Of a DNA stretch of 64,000 nucleotides, positions 27,969 through 42,399 are shown piece after piece; the stretch's first letter is position 1, and each line of letters starts with the position of its first letter. A model generated the notes under the pieces. The model ran no database searches and had not been told where the DNA came from. It worked only from the letters and a program-made list of their open reading frames with translations. Origin of the DNA: Camelus dromedarius (Eukaryota). Location of the stretch: assembly GCF_036321535.1 (NCBI RefSeq), contig NC_087437.1:81036001-81100000 (forward strand), read 5' to 3'. Both the position numbers and the translations under genes were made by a program.

Positions 27969-29415
27969 CTGGTGCACAGCACAATGTCCCAGTCTTGCAT
28001 ATATATACATACATTCATTTTCATATTCTTTTTCATTAAAGGTTATTGCAAGATATTGAATATAGTTCCCTGTGCTATACTGAAGAAACTTGTTTTTTAA
28101 GATCTATTTTTATATATAGTGGTTATCATTTGCAAGTCTCAAACTCCCAAATTTATCACTTCCCACTCCCTTTACCCGGTAACCATAAGATTGTTTACTC
28201 TGTGTGCGAGTCTGTTTCTGTTTTGTAGATGAATTTATTAGTGTCTTCTTTTTTCTTTTTTTTAGATTCCTCATTTAAGTGATATCATACGGTATTTTTC
28301 TTTCTCATTCTAGCTTACTTCACTTAGAATGATGATCTCTAGGTCCATCCATGTTGCTACAAATGTCATTATTTTATTATTTTATATATTTTTATATAAT
28401 ATTTTATATTCCATTGTATTTGTATACCACAGTTTCTTAATCCAGTCATCTGTCAATGGACATTTAGGTTGCTTCCATGTCTTGGCTATTGTATATAGTG
28501 CTGCTATGAACATTGGGGTGCATGTATCTTTTTGAATTTGAGTTTCCTTTGGATATATGCCCAGAAGTGGGATTGCTGAATCTTATGGTAAGTCTATTTT
28601 TAATTTTAAAGGAATCTCCATACTGCTTTTCATAATGGCTGCACCACACTACATTCTCACCAGCAGTGTAGGAGGGTTCCCTTTTCTCCACACCCTCTCC
28701 AGCATTTATCATTTGTGGATTTTTTTAATGATGGCCATTCTGACTGGTGTGAGGTGATACCTCATGGTAGTTTTGATCTGCATTTCTCTAATAATTAGTG
28801 ATATTGAGCATTTTTCCATGTGCCTATTGGCCGTTTGTATGTTTTCATTGGAGAATTGCTTGTTTAGATCTTCTGCATATTTTTGGATTGGGTTGTTTAT
28901 TTTTTGTTATTAAGTTGTATGAGCTGTTTATATATGCTGGAAATTAAACCTTTGTCAGTCACATCATTGGCAGATATTTTCTCCCATTCCGTAGGTTGTC
29001 TTTTTTTGCTTATGGTTTCCTTTGCTGGGCAAAACCTTGTAAGTTTAATTAGGTCTCATTTGTTAATTTTTGCTTTTATTTCTATTGCCTGAGTAGACTG
29101 CCCTAGGAGAACATTGCTAAGATTTATGTCAGAGAATGTTTTGCCTATGTTTTCTTCTAGGAGGTTTATAGTGTCTTGTCTTATATTTAAGTCTTTAAAC
29201 CATTTTGAGTTTATTTTTGTATATAGTGTGAGGGAGTGTTCTAACTTCTTTGATTTATATGCTGCTGTCCAGTTTTCCCAACACCACTTGCTGAAGAGAC
29301 TGTCTTTTTTCCATTATATATTCTTGCCTCCTTTGTTTAAGATTAATTGATCATTTATTTCTAGGCTCTCTATTCTGTTCCATTGATCTATATGTCTGTT
29401 TTTGTGCCAGTACCA
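27969..29415 (-). mobile_element. L1 fragment lacking poly(A) tail and TSD, inserted in a MIR
   Basis: Starts at ctggtgcacagcacaatgtccc, ~35 nt inside the normal 3' end seen in sibling copies; ends in ORF2 at tttgtgccagtacca. Confidence 0.92.
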
Positions 29416-31435
29416 CTACACATTACTTTTAATCCATGTTCACGGATCCCATGGCTTTACCCAGAGAAGGAAACTGGAGGTTGACTGAGCTTCCTGGTCT
29501 AAGCAAGTAAAGAGTGGCAATAAAAGTCCTTGCTTTCCTCTAGGGAAACAATAGTACTTTTGCATTTATGTAAAATTTCACATTCAGGAAATGATGGATT
29601 GTAGGTATAATGGAAAAAATGGTGTAATGAATGATGTTACTACCATAAGTATGGGGAAGATTAAAATTATCTACAGATGACTACTATAAAAATAAGTTTG
29701 TGGTATTTTAATTTCATTACCTTCTGAAACTGTCAGCAAAAGGCAAAATAGGTTGATCTGAATTTCAGTCATCTTTTTCAGAACATTGAAGGAGGTGCTA
29801 AGGAGTAGTAAAATGTCCAAAGTAGACTACTGGGGAAGGAAGGGAGAGTGATAGGAGTGGTCAGCCCCTGAAAGATGAAAATTTGATTTTTTCCATTGAA
29901 ATATTTTGATAATCCAGGTGGAAGTTTGTGAACGGCTCCACACTGGGGCCGAGACTGTCTCTGATTACTAGAGTTACCACACCCACATGCCAACAAAGGT
30001 CGTTGTTCACATAAACCCCAGTCATGCTCTTAGCTTCTGTGTGTGTACGTGTGCGTGTGTGTCTGTAAAATCAAGTAGGCTGGGACAGCCCAGCCTTTTG
30101 GTGAAAGCTTGCCATTGTTTTAGTTGTTATGCTTGATACTCAAGCATAATACTTAACTTGATTTCCAAGTTCATGGAATCTAGACCTCACTGTGATTTAG
30201 GTACCTACTCAGTTCTATGCTAGTTGATCGATATCTGATGCTTCTTTTCTTTCTTTCTTTTTTTTTCTTTAGGAGAAAATGATTTTACAACTCTGTAGAT
30301 TTCTTACCCTGGTGTGTTCTAAAGTGGAATATTTCTTTTATTTCCTCCTGACTCATTGCCCTGAGGTCTGAGGTCTTTGGTTTCTGAGATACTGATCCCA
30401 AAGGACTCAGGAGGAATATATCCTTCTTCTTTGGAAGCCATGTGCTCAATCTCTGATAATTAAAGACACTGAATATTTTGCTAGGAAGTGATGTGACATT
30501 GTTATTTCCCTCCTCTATCTGGCTGCCTCTGTGGGGAGAGTTCAGTGAGTTGCATTAAACAACTTACAAATTAAACTTCAGTGATTTTCTTCCCTGTTAA
30601 ATCTAACTATACTTTATTCTTTCTCTTTCCTAATTTTTTAAATTGTGCTAATTGATTTAGCTCCTACCCTCTGCCCAGGAGTACGCAGTTCCCCTCAGGC
30701 ATGGCACACATTTTTCCTAATGCTTCAATTTTATTCTGAAATATGGAGGGGTGGTGGGGTGTTGAATTTTATATTCCTGAAGATTTTCTAATCTACTGGT
30801 GGAGGCCAAATCAGTGAATCCTGCCTTCCTGCTTTCCTATGGATATATTATAGATCATATAAAAATTACTTAGATTTTTAAGATAAAATGTAAGACTAGA
30901 AAGTTCTTAGTATGTGGCAGGCTAAGGCCAGGCTTCTAGTTCATTATTTTGGACTTTTGGGTTTCTTCAGTGAACAGCTGTGAGGAAAGCTTTACAACAT
31001 TCTCTCAGTCTCAAGACCCTGTCTTCTGGATGAAGGACACTATGTTCCCAAATTCCATCTGAAGTATCTGTTGTTTTTGTTTGCCTCTGTTTGTCAGTTT
31101 GACCTTGCTCCTTCTCTCCCTTTCTCTCCCCCTTTATAAATAGCTATATGCATTTGGTTGGGAATGACCAAAATATGGATATCAGTTTTTAGGTCATTAG
31201 GAAAGTCACCGCCTCAATTAACCAGATGAGTGAGCTGTACTTTTTACTTCACTATAAAATAATTCATTTTAATGTAGTTTTAAAACTCTCTTGTGTTCTA
31301 AGAGCAACTGTTAGTAACTATGATGTTCAGCTATTAATAAAGGCAAATATCAGTATTGTAAATTGCATCATTGTTTCATTTCTTTTTATAATGTTCATTT
31401 CAGCAGTGTTTTCTGTTACTGATGAAGACTACCTT

Positions 31436-31703
31436 TTTTTTACCTTATTTTTTTTATTGAAGTGTAGTTGATTTACCATGTCAGTTTCAGATGTACAGTG
31501 AGGCGCTTTAGCTGTATATATATTTCAGATTCTTTTTCCATCTTATGTTATTACAAGAAATTCAGTATAGTTCCTTGTGCTATACAGTAGGCCCTTGTTT
31601 ATCTATTTTATATATAGTAATGTGTATATGTTAATCCTAAACTCCTAATTTATCCCTCCCCTGCCCTTTCCCCTTTGGTAACCATAGTTTGTTTTCTATG
31701 TCC
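31436..31703 (-). mobile_element. Short L1 3' end
   Basis: T-tail plus attgaagtgtagttgattt...; TSD aagacta(c/a)ctt at 31425-31435 and 31708-31718. Confidence 0.9.
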
Positions 31704-32899
31704 AAGAAAGACTAACTTCCTGAAATAAAAAAAATAGGCCACACCAGGAGCACATCCTTGAGATCCAGAGATTGGTGATTCCATAAATGAAACTGATCCC
31801 ATGCTACACAGCATGGCTCCTGGGTGTAGAACTCAATGAGACTTAGGGATAATCTGACAGCTGAAGCCACCCCGACCTCCAGATTATGCCATATTAAGTC
31901 TGTTTCCATGGAAAAGCGGAGGGGAGAAGTAGCCTCATCAGTTATTCACTTGAGAGCAGTCTCCACATCAGCTAGAGAGAGTGCATGTGTAGGTGGCCAT
32001 TGCTCAGGACCTGTTCCCCTTGCTCAAACAGGTATTTTTGATGCCCTGACTGACTCCCTGTCTGCTCTCAACTGCAGAGAAACTTTAGGCAGTCACTGTC
32101 CTAGGCTGTGTGCGGGTCCTTTAGTCCTTCTATGATGTAGAAGGCCTTGTTGCTGGGGCTTTTGTATGGTCTCCTCAGCTCAGCTCAGGGTGTTGGTGTC
32201 CAGAGACAGCTGGCTCATGCTGCCCAGACTCACACCAGACTAGCTTTTGCTACCACAAAGTGTGATTTAAACATACAAGCAGATATGCATATATAAATAA
32301 AGAGATTACATTTTCCTCACAGTTCTGTCACTCACCCAAGGAAACATGGTGGGGAAAATTACTTGGAAAAGAAAATCAAGTTTCAGTTAGAATGATTCGT
32401 GATGAACAGGGAATCTGAAGAGGTTTGGGATCCTGTGCTGAGGTGAATTGGTGACACACATCTCCCTCACCTAGAGACCCCCCCAACCCCCGCCAGCCTA
32501 CAAGGGACTAAATCTGTATTTCCCTGTCAGGACAGACACGTTAACACAAGATAGTTCTCCAAATCCTCATTCACTCCTGTTTTGACTGTGAGAGACTTAA
32601 AAAATTTTTGCTCTTCATGACTTGCTTCTTTCTCATTTCCACACAGTGTTGTAACAAGGTCTGAAATTGTTTCAGACACAATATAGTAGTGATTTGCGTA
32701 AATATCTAAGGAAGCAGCCTCATCTTATCAGCCCATAGTCTGCAGACCAGGTATTAGATGGTGAGCACCTCATGCAAGCCTGTTCGCTGTGATTGGTGGG
32801 AGCAATCTCAGCTTTGAGTACCCTTGATTTGACACAAGTGCTTTCTGCTAGGCTTAAGTTCCCTGACTTCTCTTTCTGAGCTTTCTCTATGTCAACGGT

Positions 32900-34850
32900 T
32901 TTGGCATGAAAATATTTATTATATAACATTTTATACATACAAAAGAATATGTAACATATATACGTTCTGAGGCAAAATAATAATGAACATTTGTGAATCC
33001 ACAGCCAAGTTTAGAACTAGAACATTAGCAATGCTGTTGCATAAGCATGTGTGTTTTTGTCTTGCCTCCAGTAAGTGGAAACTGCTATCTTAAAGTTTAT
33101 GTTCATTTATTCTATCCTTCTGTTTTTTTTTTTTTTCCCACCTGCTGTTTTGGGCAGTCTTTGTATATATGTAACCCTAAAGAATATTTCGTTAAATTTT
33201 GCTGTTTGAGCTTTATTAAAATGATATCATTTTCAAAATAGTCTTTTTCAATTTTCTTTTGTCCTTCAACTTTGCAATTCCTCGGTGTTATTACATGTAA
33301 TTGTAGTTACCTTTTATTCACTGGCGTATAATATTCCTTTGCGAGACTATACAAAAATGTATTTCCTGTTGATGAATTTTTGGATTGGTCCCTTTAAAAA
33401 ATTATGAGCTTAAGCTACCACAAACATTCCTTCCTATACATGCCTTTGGGGGTGGATGTGAAATTACTGGGTCGCAACGCATGCTAATATTCAACATTAG
33501 TAGAAAATGCCCAATTGTTTTCCAAAAAGGTTGTGCAGTTTCCCTATCTATCAGCACATGTGTAATGACCCTTTTTGATGTATATAGCTTTGCCAATAAC
33601 TTTTATTGCCAGGTTTTACAATTTTTGCTAATCTAATGGATGTAAATTGGCATTTTATTAGTAACCAAGAAAATACAAATTACGGTGCCAGAGAGATTAG
33701 GCATTAGTCATATGTGTACTGACCATTTCTCCTTTCTCTCTGTGAAATAATTGTGCAAGCCTGTTGCCCATTTTTCTAATGGGCTGTTTTTCTTTTTCTT
33801 ACCAATGTGTAAGAATTTTTATATAATTTTGTTACTTAGCCTTTGTCATTTGTATGTGTTATAGATAACATCTTCTAGTTTGTGATTTATCTTTCCACTT
33901 TGTTTACTTTTGATGAATAGAAGTTCTTAATTTTAACTTGGATGAATTTATTAATTTTTTATTCATGGTTAGGGCTTTTTATGTCTTAATATGACCTCCA
34001 CTACCTTCCTAATATGGGACATTATAAAGATATTCTTCCCTATTTTCTTCCAAAAATCGTAACAATTTTGCTACTTAACCATCTGGGATTGATTTTTTTA
34101 TATGGTTTGAGGTAAGAGGCCCAGATTCATTTTGTTTTCCTAGGGAGAAGCATTTTTCTTAATACTATTTATTAAGTAATTCTTTCCTTTCCCAAGTATT
34201 CTGCAAAGTAACATAACATTTCAGATTTCTATGTTTGTATCTATCTGCCACAGGACTCTTTGTTTCATTTTGAAAAAATCCTTAAAAACAAACAAAATCT
34301 CTTGTTATACATTGGTATTAAATTTTATCAAGCATTTGTTCCCTGCAAAGTTGAAATCATATTATTTTTGTCCAATAATCTGTTAATGTGGTAAAAAGAC
34401 ATTAATAGACTCTGTATTAAACCACCCTTGAATTCCTAGGATAATCCCAACTTAGTCATGATTAGTTTTTTTTCTAAGCTACTGGGTTTGGCTTGCTAAT
34501 ATTTTGTTTATAATTTCTGCATCTGTGCTTCTGGGTAAAATTTGCCTGTAATTTTCTTTTTTTGAGCCATCGTTCTCTGGTTTTGGCATAAGTTGTATTT
34601 GCCTCAGAATGCATTGGGGAGTGTTATTCTTTTTTTCTTCTCTGGAAGAGCTTGAGATGATGTTCTTTGGAAGTTTCATAGAATTCACCTAAAAATATCT
34701 TTTCTGTTTTTTTTTTTTTTGTTTTGTTTTGACTGGAAAATATTTTAAACTATGAATTGAATGTCTTTGAGGGTTATAGTATGTTTTGGCTTTCTACTAT
34801 TAATTGATGCAGTTTTGTTAATTTATTGTCTTTTCCTGGGAAAAGGTCCC
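32900..34850 (-). mobile_element. Ancient L1ME-like element (3' end and ORF2 fragments)
   Basis: aattgttttccaaaaaggttgtgcagttt; tttgatgaatagaagttcttaattttaa; ORF 34479-34688(-) NYRQI...DAEIINKILA. Confidence 0.8.
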
Positions 34851-36078
34851 CTTTAGGATCTCTGCCTTAATACAGGAATCACATAAAGTTTCCCAGCCTT
34901 ATTTCTGCTTCAGCCTCCCATCTTGTGTTTTCATAGCTACATCTCCTGTAGAAAGCACTTTTAAAAATAATTTTCACAAAAGCACTAGTTGGATTACAAT
35001 TGTCCTTGCTGATCACGCTGAGGGAGGCATTTGACCTCAGGACAATCTCTCATTGATTTACAAACCTAAACTCTCTAGCTACTTGCACACATTATTTTTC
35101 AAGGATATCTGGGAAGATCTTGATTATGCTTTGCCTGATTTGTGAATGTCTCAGTTATGAGAGCAACACCCTCCCCAATCTACCCAGGGAAAACATGTCC
35201 CACTTGGCTAGCCATGGAAACTCATCTCCCTCCTATAGCTCCTGGGATGCTGCCCTAACTCTAAATACCTCCCGATGTACGAAGCAGTGTGTGGCATGTA
35301 TGTGCATATCAGTACTCAGTGGTTATGAGGAACCAGTTTCTAGAAACATAATAAATTGATGTTTATTATATAAAATAAAACTTATGCATTGAATTGGAAT
35401 TTCGTGCATCTACAATATCTCTTTGTTGCTCAGCTGCTGCATCTGTCAACAGTTCCATGTGGGGAAGCTCAACCAGTCATTTCAAGTGGCGAATATCCAC
35501 CACAGCTTCCGCACGATGCTCATTTTATTAGTGATCTGCCAAAGTTAAAGGAAGAGTCAACAATGAGCCAAGTTCATATTTCTGAGGAGCTAGAGTAAGA
35601 CTTGATTGATTAGCCATAGCTTGACTGATTAGCTGTTTTCCTTATACTAGTCATTTGCCTCACTGCCCCTAACCCTCTCCTTGCAAATTTTAGCAGCTGC
35701 TTTTAACTGGGGAGTGACAGGATCTGCCTGCCTCAAAAGGCATGCTGGGCTGTGTTCAGAATACACTGAGTGGGTAGATTCCCAGGAAGGAATTGGTAAA
35801 CTTCTCTTACCCTACTCCCCCATCACCACCTACTCCTTCCAAGCCCTGAACTCCTCTTTTGAATGCTGTCTGACCAGCAAAGCTCACTATTAGTTCACAT
35901 GAAATGCTTTTCTTAGAAGACTTGATGAACATTTAATTATTCTATACTCTTTTTCTGTTCTGAAACAGAAATCGTATGCCAGTTGAAAAAGAAACTTTTC
36001 TTTCCCGTGTACCACTTGTAATTCTACACTACATATTTTGCAATCTTAGGAGCCAGGAGAACAGTAGGGATGTTTTAG

Positions 36079-36302
36079 AGCAGGAGTCAGCAACTTTTTC
36101 TGTAAAAAGCCAGATAGAAAAGATTTTAGAGTTTGTGAGCCAGATGATCCTTGTTGCAACTGTTCATCTCTGCAGCAAGAACAGCCATGGACAAAATGGC
36201 CATACATAAACAAACAGGCATGGCCATGAGCCAAGACAATTTTGTTGACAAAAACATGCAGTGGGCCAGATTTGACCCGTGGGCCAGAGTTTGCCAGCCC
36301 TA
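36079..36302. mobile_element. MER58A (hAT-Charlie)
   Basis: caggagtcagcaactttttctgtaaaaagccagatag...gggccagatttgacccgtgggccagagtttgccagccc. Confidence 0.85.
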
Positions 36303-36375
36303 TTTCAGAGGCACAGTTTTAAAGGGACTTTTCTCAGGATTTTTTTCTATGACTTGCTTTAATTCATTCATCTAA

Positions 36376-36595
36376 AGTGGAGTTTCTCAAAAAAGGTACT
36401 ATCGATATTTTGGACTGGTTAATTCTTCGATGCAAGGGGTTGTCCTATGCATTGTAGGGGGTTTAGCAGCATCTCTGATCTCTACCCACCAAATAGATGC
36501 CAGTAGCATCCCATGAATTGAAATAACCAAAAATGTCTCCAGACATAGTTAAATGTCCCTAGGGGCAAAATTGCTCCTTGTAGAGAATCACTGAT
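36376..36595. mobile_element. MER20 (opposite orientation to the 23627 copy)
   Basis: gtttctcaa...actatcgatattttggactgg...tttagcagcatctctg...tagatgccagtagca...aaaaatgtctccagacat...gagaatcactg. Confidence 0.85.
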
Positions 36596-39500
36596 GTAAA
36601 GCAATGAGGATGACATATCATAATTAGGAGATGGAAATTGTTCAACTGTCAGAACATACAGCAAGGAAGGGAGTGTCAGGGATTGAGGCCAAGAGGTAGT
36701 CAAGGCAAAGATCCCTCAGGGTTATTCAGACATCCTTTTGAAGGCAAAGATACCACTGAAGGGTTTTATGAAGAGAGGTGTCATGGTACATTTGGTTTTA
36801 TGTCTTAGTATGGTCATTCTTACATCAGAGAAGAAAATGGGTTAGGCAGAGCAAGACTAGAGGCAAGAGAGGTCAGTAAGAAGACTTAGCTCCTGAGATT
36901 TTGACTGGTACATCCTCAAAAATGTTGGTCTGGTCCTCGGTATTATCAAATCCTCATGAAATTTGTGTAATGCTAGCAAAATGTACAAAAGATAAGTGCC
37001 ATAAAGCCAATTAATACTTATCAAGGATATACCTGACCTTAAAATCAAGCTAAGTTATTTTTAGAACACTGATTTCCTTCCTGCTGGGAAAAATTACCTT
37101 AGGAAACAAAACCAACAAGGAGCCTTCTCAGCTGTGACTCTAGAGTCAGGGAAAGGGTGCTGACTGTCATTATGGAATGTGCTCAGCAAGTCACTGTAGC
37201 CAAATGGATAGGCCAATTTCGTTTTAGGGATCAAGAATTGACTCTCAACTTGGAAGGAACCTGCAGGTCCAAAGTTTGCTGAATCCACTTACAACATCAT
37301 CTATAATTAGTTATGTCACCTCTACTTAAACAACTTTGACTGTAACTTGGCTCCCAAGAACACTCATGATTATTTTGCAGTCTGTAATTGTTTATTTTCA
37401 ACTTCTACAAGATACTGGGTATTTGATATTTCTTTCTAAAGACCTGGAATAGTTGCATAGAAAGAATGTCCTCTTCTCTGGGACAGTCTTGGGAATGTGG
37501 GCAAATTCTCATCTCAAACTTTCCTTTGTTATGTTCTGCCCTTAATTCCAGTTAGTCTCATGATTGTGATATCCAGTTATATTTATTAAAGGACTCCACT
37601 CTCCAGGCACCATTGTAGACAGTGGGGATACAAGGATGAGGAGACAGTTTCTATCGACAAGGAGCTTGCAGTTCCATGGGAGATGGGGAAGTGAATTCCG
37701 ACATTAAAATAACAAGTACAGTTGATATAATTCATAGACTGTGATTCACTCTTCATCAGCATTGAGGGAGGGACATGAAAACCTCTTACCCAGTCACTGT
37801 GTAAAATTGAACTGTACTTTGAAGCAAATTATCTAATGATGCTTTTTAGCAACAGGAAGTGTCTTCTGGGTCTCTTATTGCTCCTTTTGGCTGACAGTGG
37901 GTTCCAGCCATACTTCCCTAATCAACTCCCTCTTGATTCCAATCTGACAAAATGTACAAGTCACAGAGGTGCTTAAGGTGTTCATACAGGAGACGTATCT
38001 GTTCCGACCATCAGCCACCACCAGAGAGACATCATCTTCCTGATACCTTAAACCCATGAAAACCTCAAGTAGGGGAAATCTCAGGGCTGAGCAATTTTAT
38101 AATACATGGTTTCCACTCTAACAAACTAGAAGATGAGCTAGAAAATTAAACAGTAGCCTTGGTTTACACGTCATAGTTTAGTTCTTTTTTTATGTGCTTG
38201 ACATCATATCCATCAACCTCATCACCCATAGTTTGATAACTCAGTGACGTAGCAGGAACAACTTCCTTTAAATATGCAGTTGTGAACATTTGCTCAAGTA
38301 CTGCTACGTACCCCCCCGGTAAAAAGAGTAAGCGAAGTACTGTAAGCTGGAAGATAGATAAGAGTTGTTAGATTTTTTGTTTGTTTCTCTCACCATCTGC
38401 CACATGCTTTGCTGCTAGCATAATTCTTTGGATAAAATTCAGTAAATTTGGTAAACTTAAGAGAAATCAAAGTGAGAGTTTTTCTTTTAAACTGCTTTAT
38501 TTTCCAGTAGTAAAGAACCATTATAACCAGTGTTTAATAGCGACATACCTTTGCCTCTACTGGCATAAAAATATTATAACATTTAGTTTTATAAACTTCA
38601 GTTCTCTAGATTGTTAAAGTCTGAAGGAGTAGCAGTTCATCTGATAGAAGGCATTTTGTTTGACCTTAGTGAAACAGAAGGAGAAATATAAATAGGAAAA
38701 AGCACTTAATTTTGTACATCTAAACATGCTCTTCACCTCTGTGCTGAAAAATAGTATTTGTTGCACTTAGAAAAAAAAGCTGATCTTTTTTCCTAGTAAG
38801 AATTCCAGGAAAAGCAAAAAAAACTTGTTAAAACACTTAATCCTTCTTTTCTGTGTGACTCACGATTTCCTTTTTGCTCCTGACAAACATAAGTATCTTT
38901 GTATCTAAGCATCAGCTTGTCTAAGGCCTCGTCTCCTCCCGTCACCCCAAGATAGAGCCATGGGGACACTTCCAAGAGTCAGCTCAGGAGAATGCATACA
39001 CTTGAAACCCACACCTGTTAAGCCCCCATCTTTTCCAGAAAAGTTTCTTACTCAGTTTTAGACTGAGAGCCTTTGTGAAGGAGCCCAGAAAAATTTCACA
39101 TTTCCTGCTTCATCAGCAACTCAGAGCCAAAAGTATAGCCCCAGTTTCTTCCAAGATCTTTTATAAGCAAAGAATCATGTGCTCTGCAATCATTCTTCTT
39201 TCAGGATGCCTCAGGTTTCACACTTGGGGGATAAGGAAGAAAAGTACGTACTCTCCTGACACTTCAAGTCCGCTTGATAGATGTTTTGGAATGCTCACTG
39301 TTTTTTCAGCTAGATTGTGATTTCCTGAACACCAAGTTGGGATGCCATGTTAAAATGCACAAGTCTTGATTTGGCAAATGACATTACTATGGTTGTATAA
39401 GACCAGCTACAAGCAAAATGGTGCTTTCACTTATGTGTCCCATCGCTGTTCCTTGCTTCCATTTCTTGGGCCATTCCTTATCTTGATGCTGCCCTCCCCC

Positions 39501-39731
39501 GGGCTTCCAAGATGTCATCCTGGTATTTTTTGTTTTTCTCTCCTCTCAAAATGGTTATGAAGAAAGTATTAGGAGTCCATTCAAACTGACTAAAAACAGC
39601 TAAAAATTTCTCCTTCCCAAGTACATTCACATTTAAACAAGTCCTCAAACTAAATGCCTGTGTTTTGCAGTAGATTGAGGAGATGGAGGCCAGGGCTTTC
39701 TACTAAGGCAGTGGTCTAACTCTGATGCTAG

Positions 39732-40250
39732 TTTTTTTTTTTTTTTTTTTAATTGAAGTACAGTCAATTACAATGTGTCAGTTCCTGGTGTACAGCACAA
39801 TGTCCCAGTCATGCATATACATATATATATTCACTTTCATATTTTTGCATTAAAGTTTATGATAAGATATTGAATATAGTTCCCTGTGCTATACAGAAGA
39901 AATTTGTTCTTTAAATTTATTTTTATATATAGTGGCTAATATTTGCAAATCTCAAACTCCCTAATTTGTCTCTTCCCACCCCCTTTCCCTCAGTAACCAT
40001 AAGTTTACTTTTTATGTCTGTAAGTCTGTTTCTGTTTTGTAGGTGAGTTCATCTTTTTGTAGATTCTTCTTGTAGCTTCTACATATGAGTGATATCATAT
40101 GGCATTTTTCTTTCTCTTTCTGGCTTACTTCACTTAGAATGACAATCTCCAGGTCCATCCATGTTGCTGCAAATGGTATTATTTTAAATTTTTATGGCTG
40201 CATGGTATTCCATTGTATAACTATGACACAGCCTCTTGATCAAGTCATCC
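39732..40250 (-). mobile_element. Short L1 3' end
   Basis: T19 plus aattgaagtacagtc...; TSD-like at(g/c)ctagtt at 39725 and 40252. Confidence 0.92.
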
Positions 40251-41258
40251 AATCCTAGTTGTACTCTTTATGGTCATCACTGGGCTGATTCCACATTAAA
40301 CATATTTCCCCTTTTTTTTATCTCATTCTTTCTTTTATTCATGAAGTAGAAGGGGACAAAAATAATCTAAGGAAAGTTATTCTTTTTTGCTCCCAAAGCC
40401 ATAAGTTCCTTAACTGTATCACATACCTGTTATGCAAAATGAATATGCAAAAACGAACATTTACTTAAACTGAAAAGATAAACTGAAAGAAAAGAGTAGA
40501 TATTAAGTCCCGCTAAGTAGAATAGACAGCAAGAGCTAAGTCAGGGGATGGAAACGGCAGACTAGGGCTATGGAATTTAGGGAATTTTTATTGAATTGGA
40601 GGTAATAGAGGCCAGAAAATTGAGCACAATTTAGAAAACTGATACATTGGTCCAAGAGTGAGGGGAGGCGACACACACACACTCCGGACGTGACTCTATA
40701 CAGGGGACAGTGCCTCTTCCCTCTCTTCGCTTTTTCTCCACGTGCCATTTGGAAGTTGGGGACCACCGACTTCTGTTTCTCTGCAGTTGTGTTGTGGGTG
40801 ATGGCACATGACAAAGGGGAATAATGTTAGCTCCTTGTTCGAGGGATCGTTGTTGAATGTCTGCATTAGAAGGGGTGCTGGGCTTTCCTCCGTGGCCGCC
40901 AGCAGCCGCTCTGCTCTGAATGAGGCCTATTTAGGTACCAGCCCTCGGTGTAGTGTTGGAGGCAGATCACACTCACCTAAACCTGGGGCAATATTATCCG
41001 CTGTGGCTCAGCCTCTGTGATTGATGCAGGCACCATTACTGGTTGGTGCTTTTCTGTTACCTTGGGTTGTGTGTGTGAACGACCACTATGTGTTGTGACG
41101 TGGTCTATACCTTGTGAATAACATTAATGGTTAAACGAGTGGGAGACCTCTACTTTTTACCTACTGGGTTCACATCTAACCCCTCCTAAATCCACCTACT
41201 GCTACCAGCTATTTATTGAGATCCTTAGGAATAAGGAAAAAGTATTTGTAGAACATTT

Positions 41259-41598
41259 TGTCATTTTAGGCCATTTAGTCTGCTATCACAAAATACCAAA
41301 GACTGGGAAGCCTCTAAACAACAGGATTTTGTTTCTCGCAGTTCTGGCAGCTGGAAGTCTGAGATTTGGGTGCCAGCATGGTTGTGTGAGGCCTCCTCCT
41401 GGGTCACAGACTTCTTGTATCCTCATATGGAGGACAGGGTAGGGATCTCTCTGGAACCCCTTATAAGGGCACTAATTTCATTTTTGAGAGCTCCACCCTC
41501 ATGGGTTAACCACCTCCCAAGGGCCTCACCTCTTAATAGCATTATCTTTGGAGATTAGGGCTGCAAAATACGAGTTTTGTAGGGACACAATCATAGCA
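41259..41598 (-). mobile_element. MLT1A-like (ERVL-MaLR) solo LTR
   Basis: tgctatcacaaaataccaaagactggg...cagttctggcagctggaagtctgagat...ttataagggcactaat...gggacacaatcatagca. Confidence 0.85.
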
Positions 41599-42399
41599 GG
41601 TATTGCAGAAAAAGGACTTGCTTATCACAGATATGGAAAAATAGAAGAAGTGTCACCATGTTTCTGTCATTTAGAGACAATTGATTTTTTATATCCTTTC
41701 TTTTTATTCTATATGTATTTTTAAAATTATTTTATCTATATTATAAAATGTTTTATAAACTGCATTATTTTTTCTCTTAGCATTTAGAATTTCTCTTATA
41801 GCCAATATCATGTGGTTTTTAGTGACTAAATTGTGTTTGCTGATTAGATTGTGCCTCAATTTATATAACTACCCATTTTTTTAAATGTCTTATGTAGTTT
41901 GAGGCTGTTATAAACATTTTAATTTTCATAAAAATGTTTAGATTAGCTTTATATTTTGGATCATTAATTTGGCATATATTTCCCAATGTGAATTCTTAAG
42001 TCAAAGGGTATGAACATTGTTTTAGGCTCTGATGGCTATTGCTAGAGAAGCATTAAGAGCTATTTCTTAGTTTGGATGAGTTGGTTTCATTGATTTTGGT
42101 GAAACCCAGTGACAAACATATTGTAGAAGCCGTACATTCAAGATGGGAAGAGGAAGCCAGTGGAGATATATTAACGCACCCCATCCATTCACAATGAGAA
42201 TATGCAAGGTTTCCTCAGGTAGAACCAACAAGTAAAGGGTTTGAAAACATTTTAACTAAAACTCCATTTTTTTTTTTTACTACTTTGTTGTTCTAACCAT
42301 TTTAACTTCACCAGGCTAACATATTTATGTTTAACATAAGTACTTTTCCTTATGTTCTTTGAATCATCTTGTCTTAGTGATTTTGGAGAAACTCCACTT

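Noticed and set aside
35601..35633. Duplicated cttga(t/c)tgattagc with a PBX-like motif
   Set aside because: Short imperfect duplication with no supporting context.
40893..40910. CTCF-like site tggccgccagcagccgct
   Set aside because: Three mismatches in the G-rich core of the motif.
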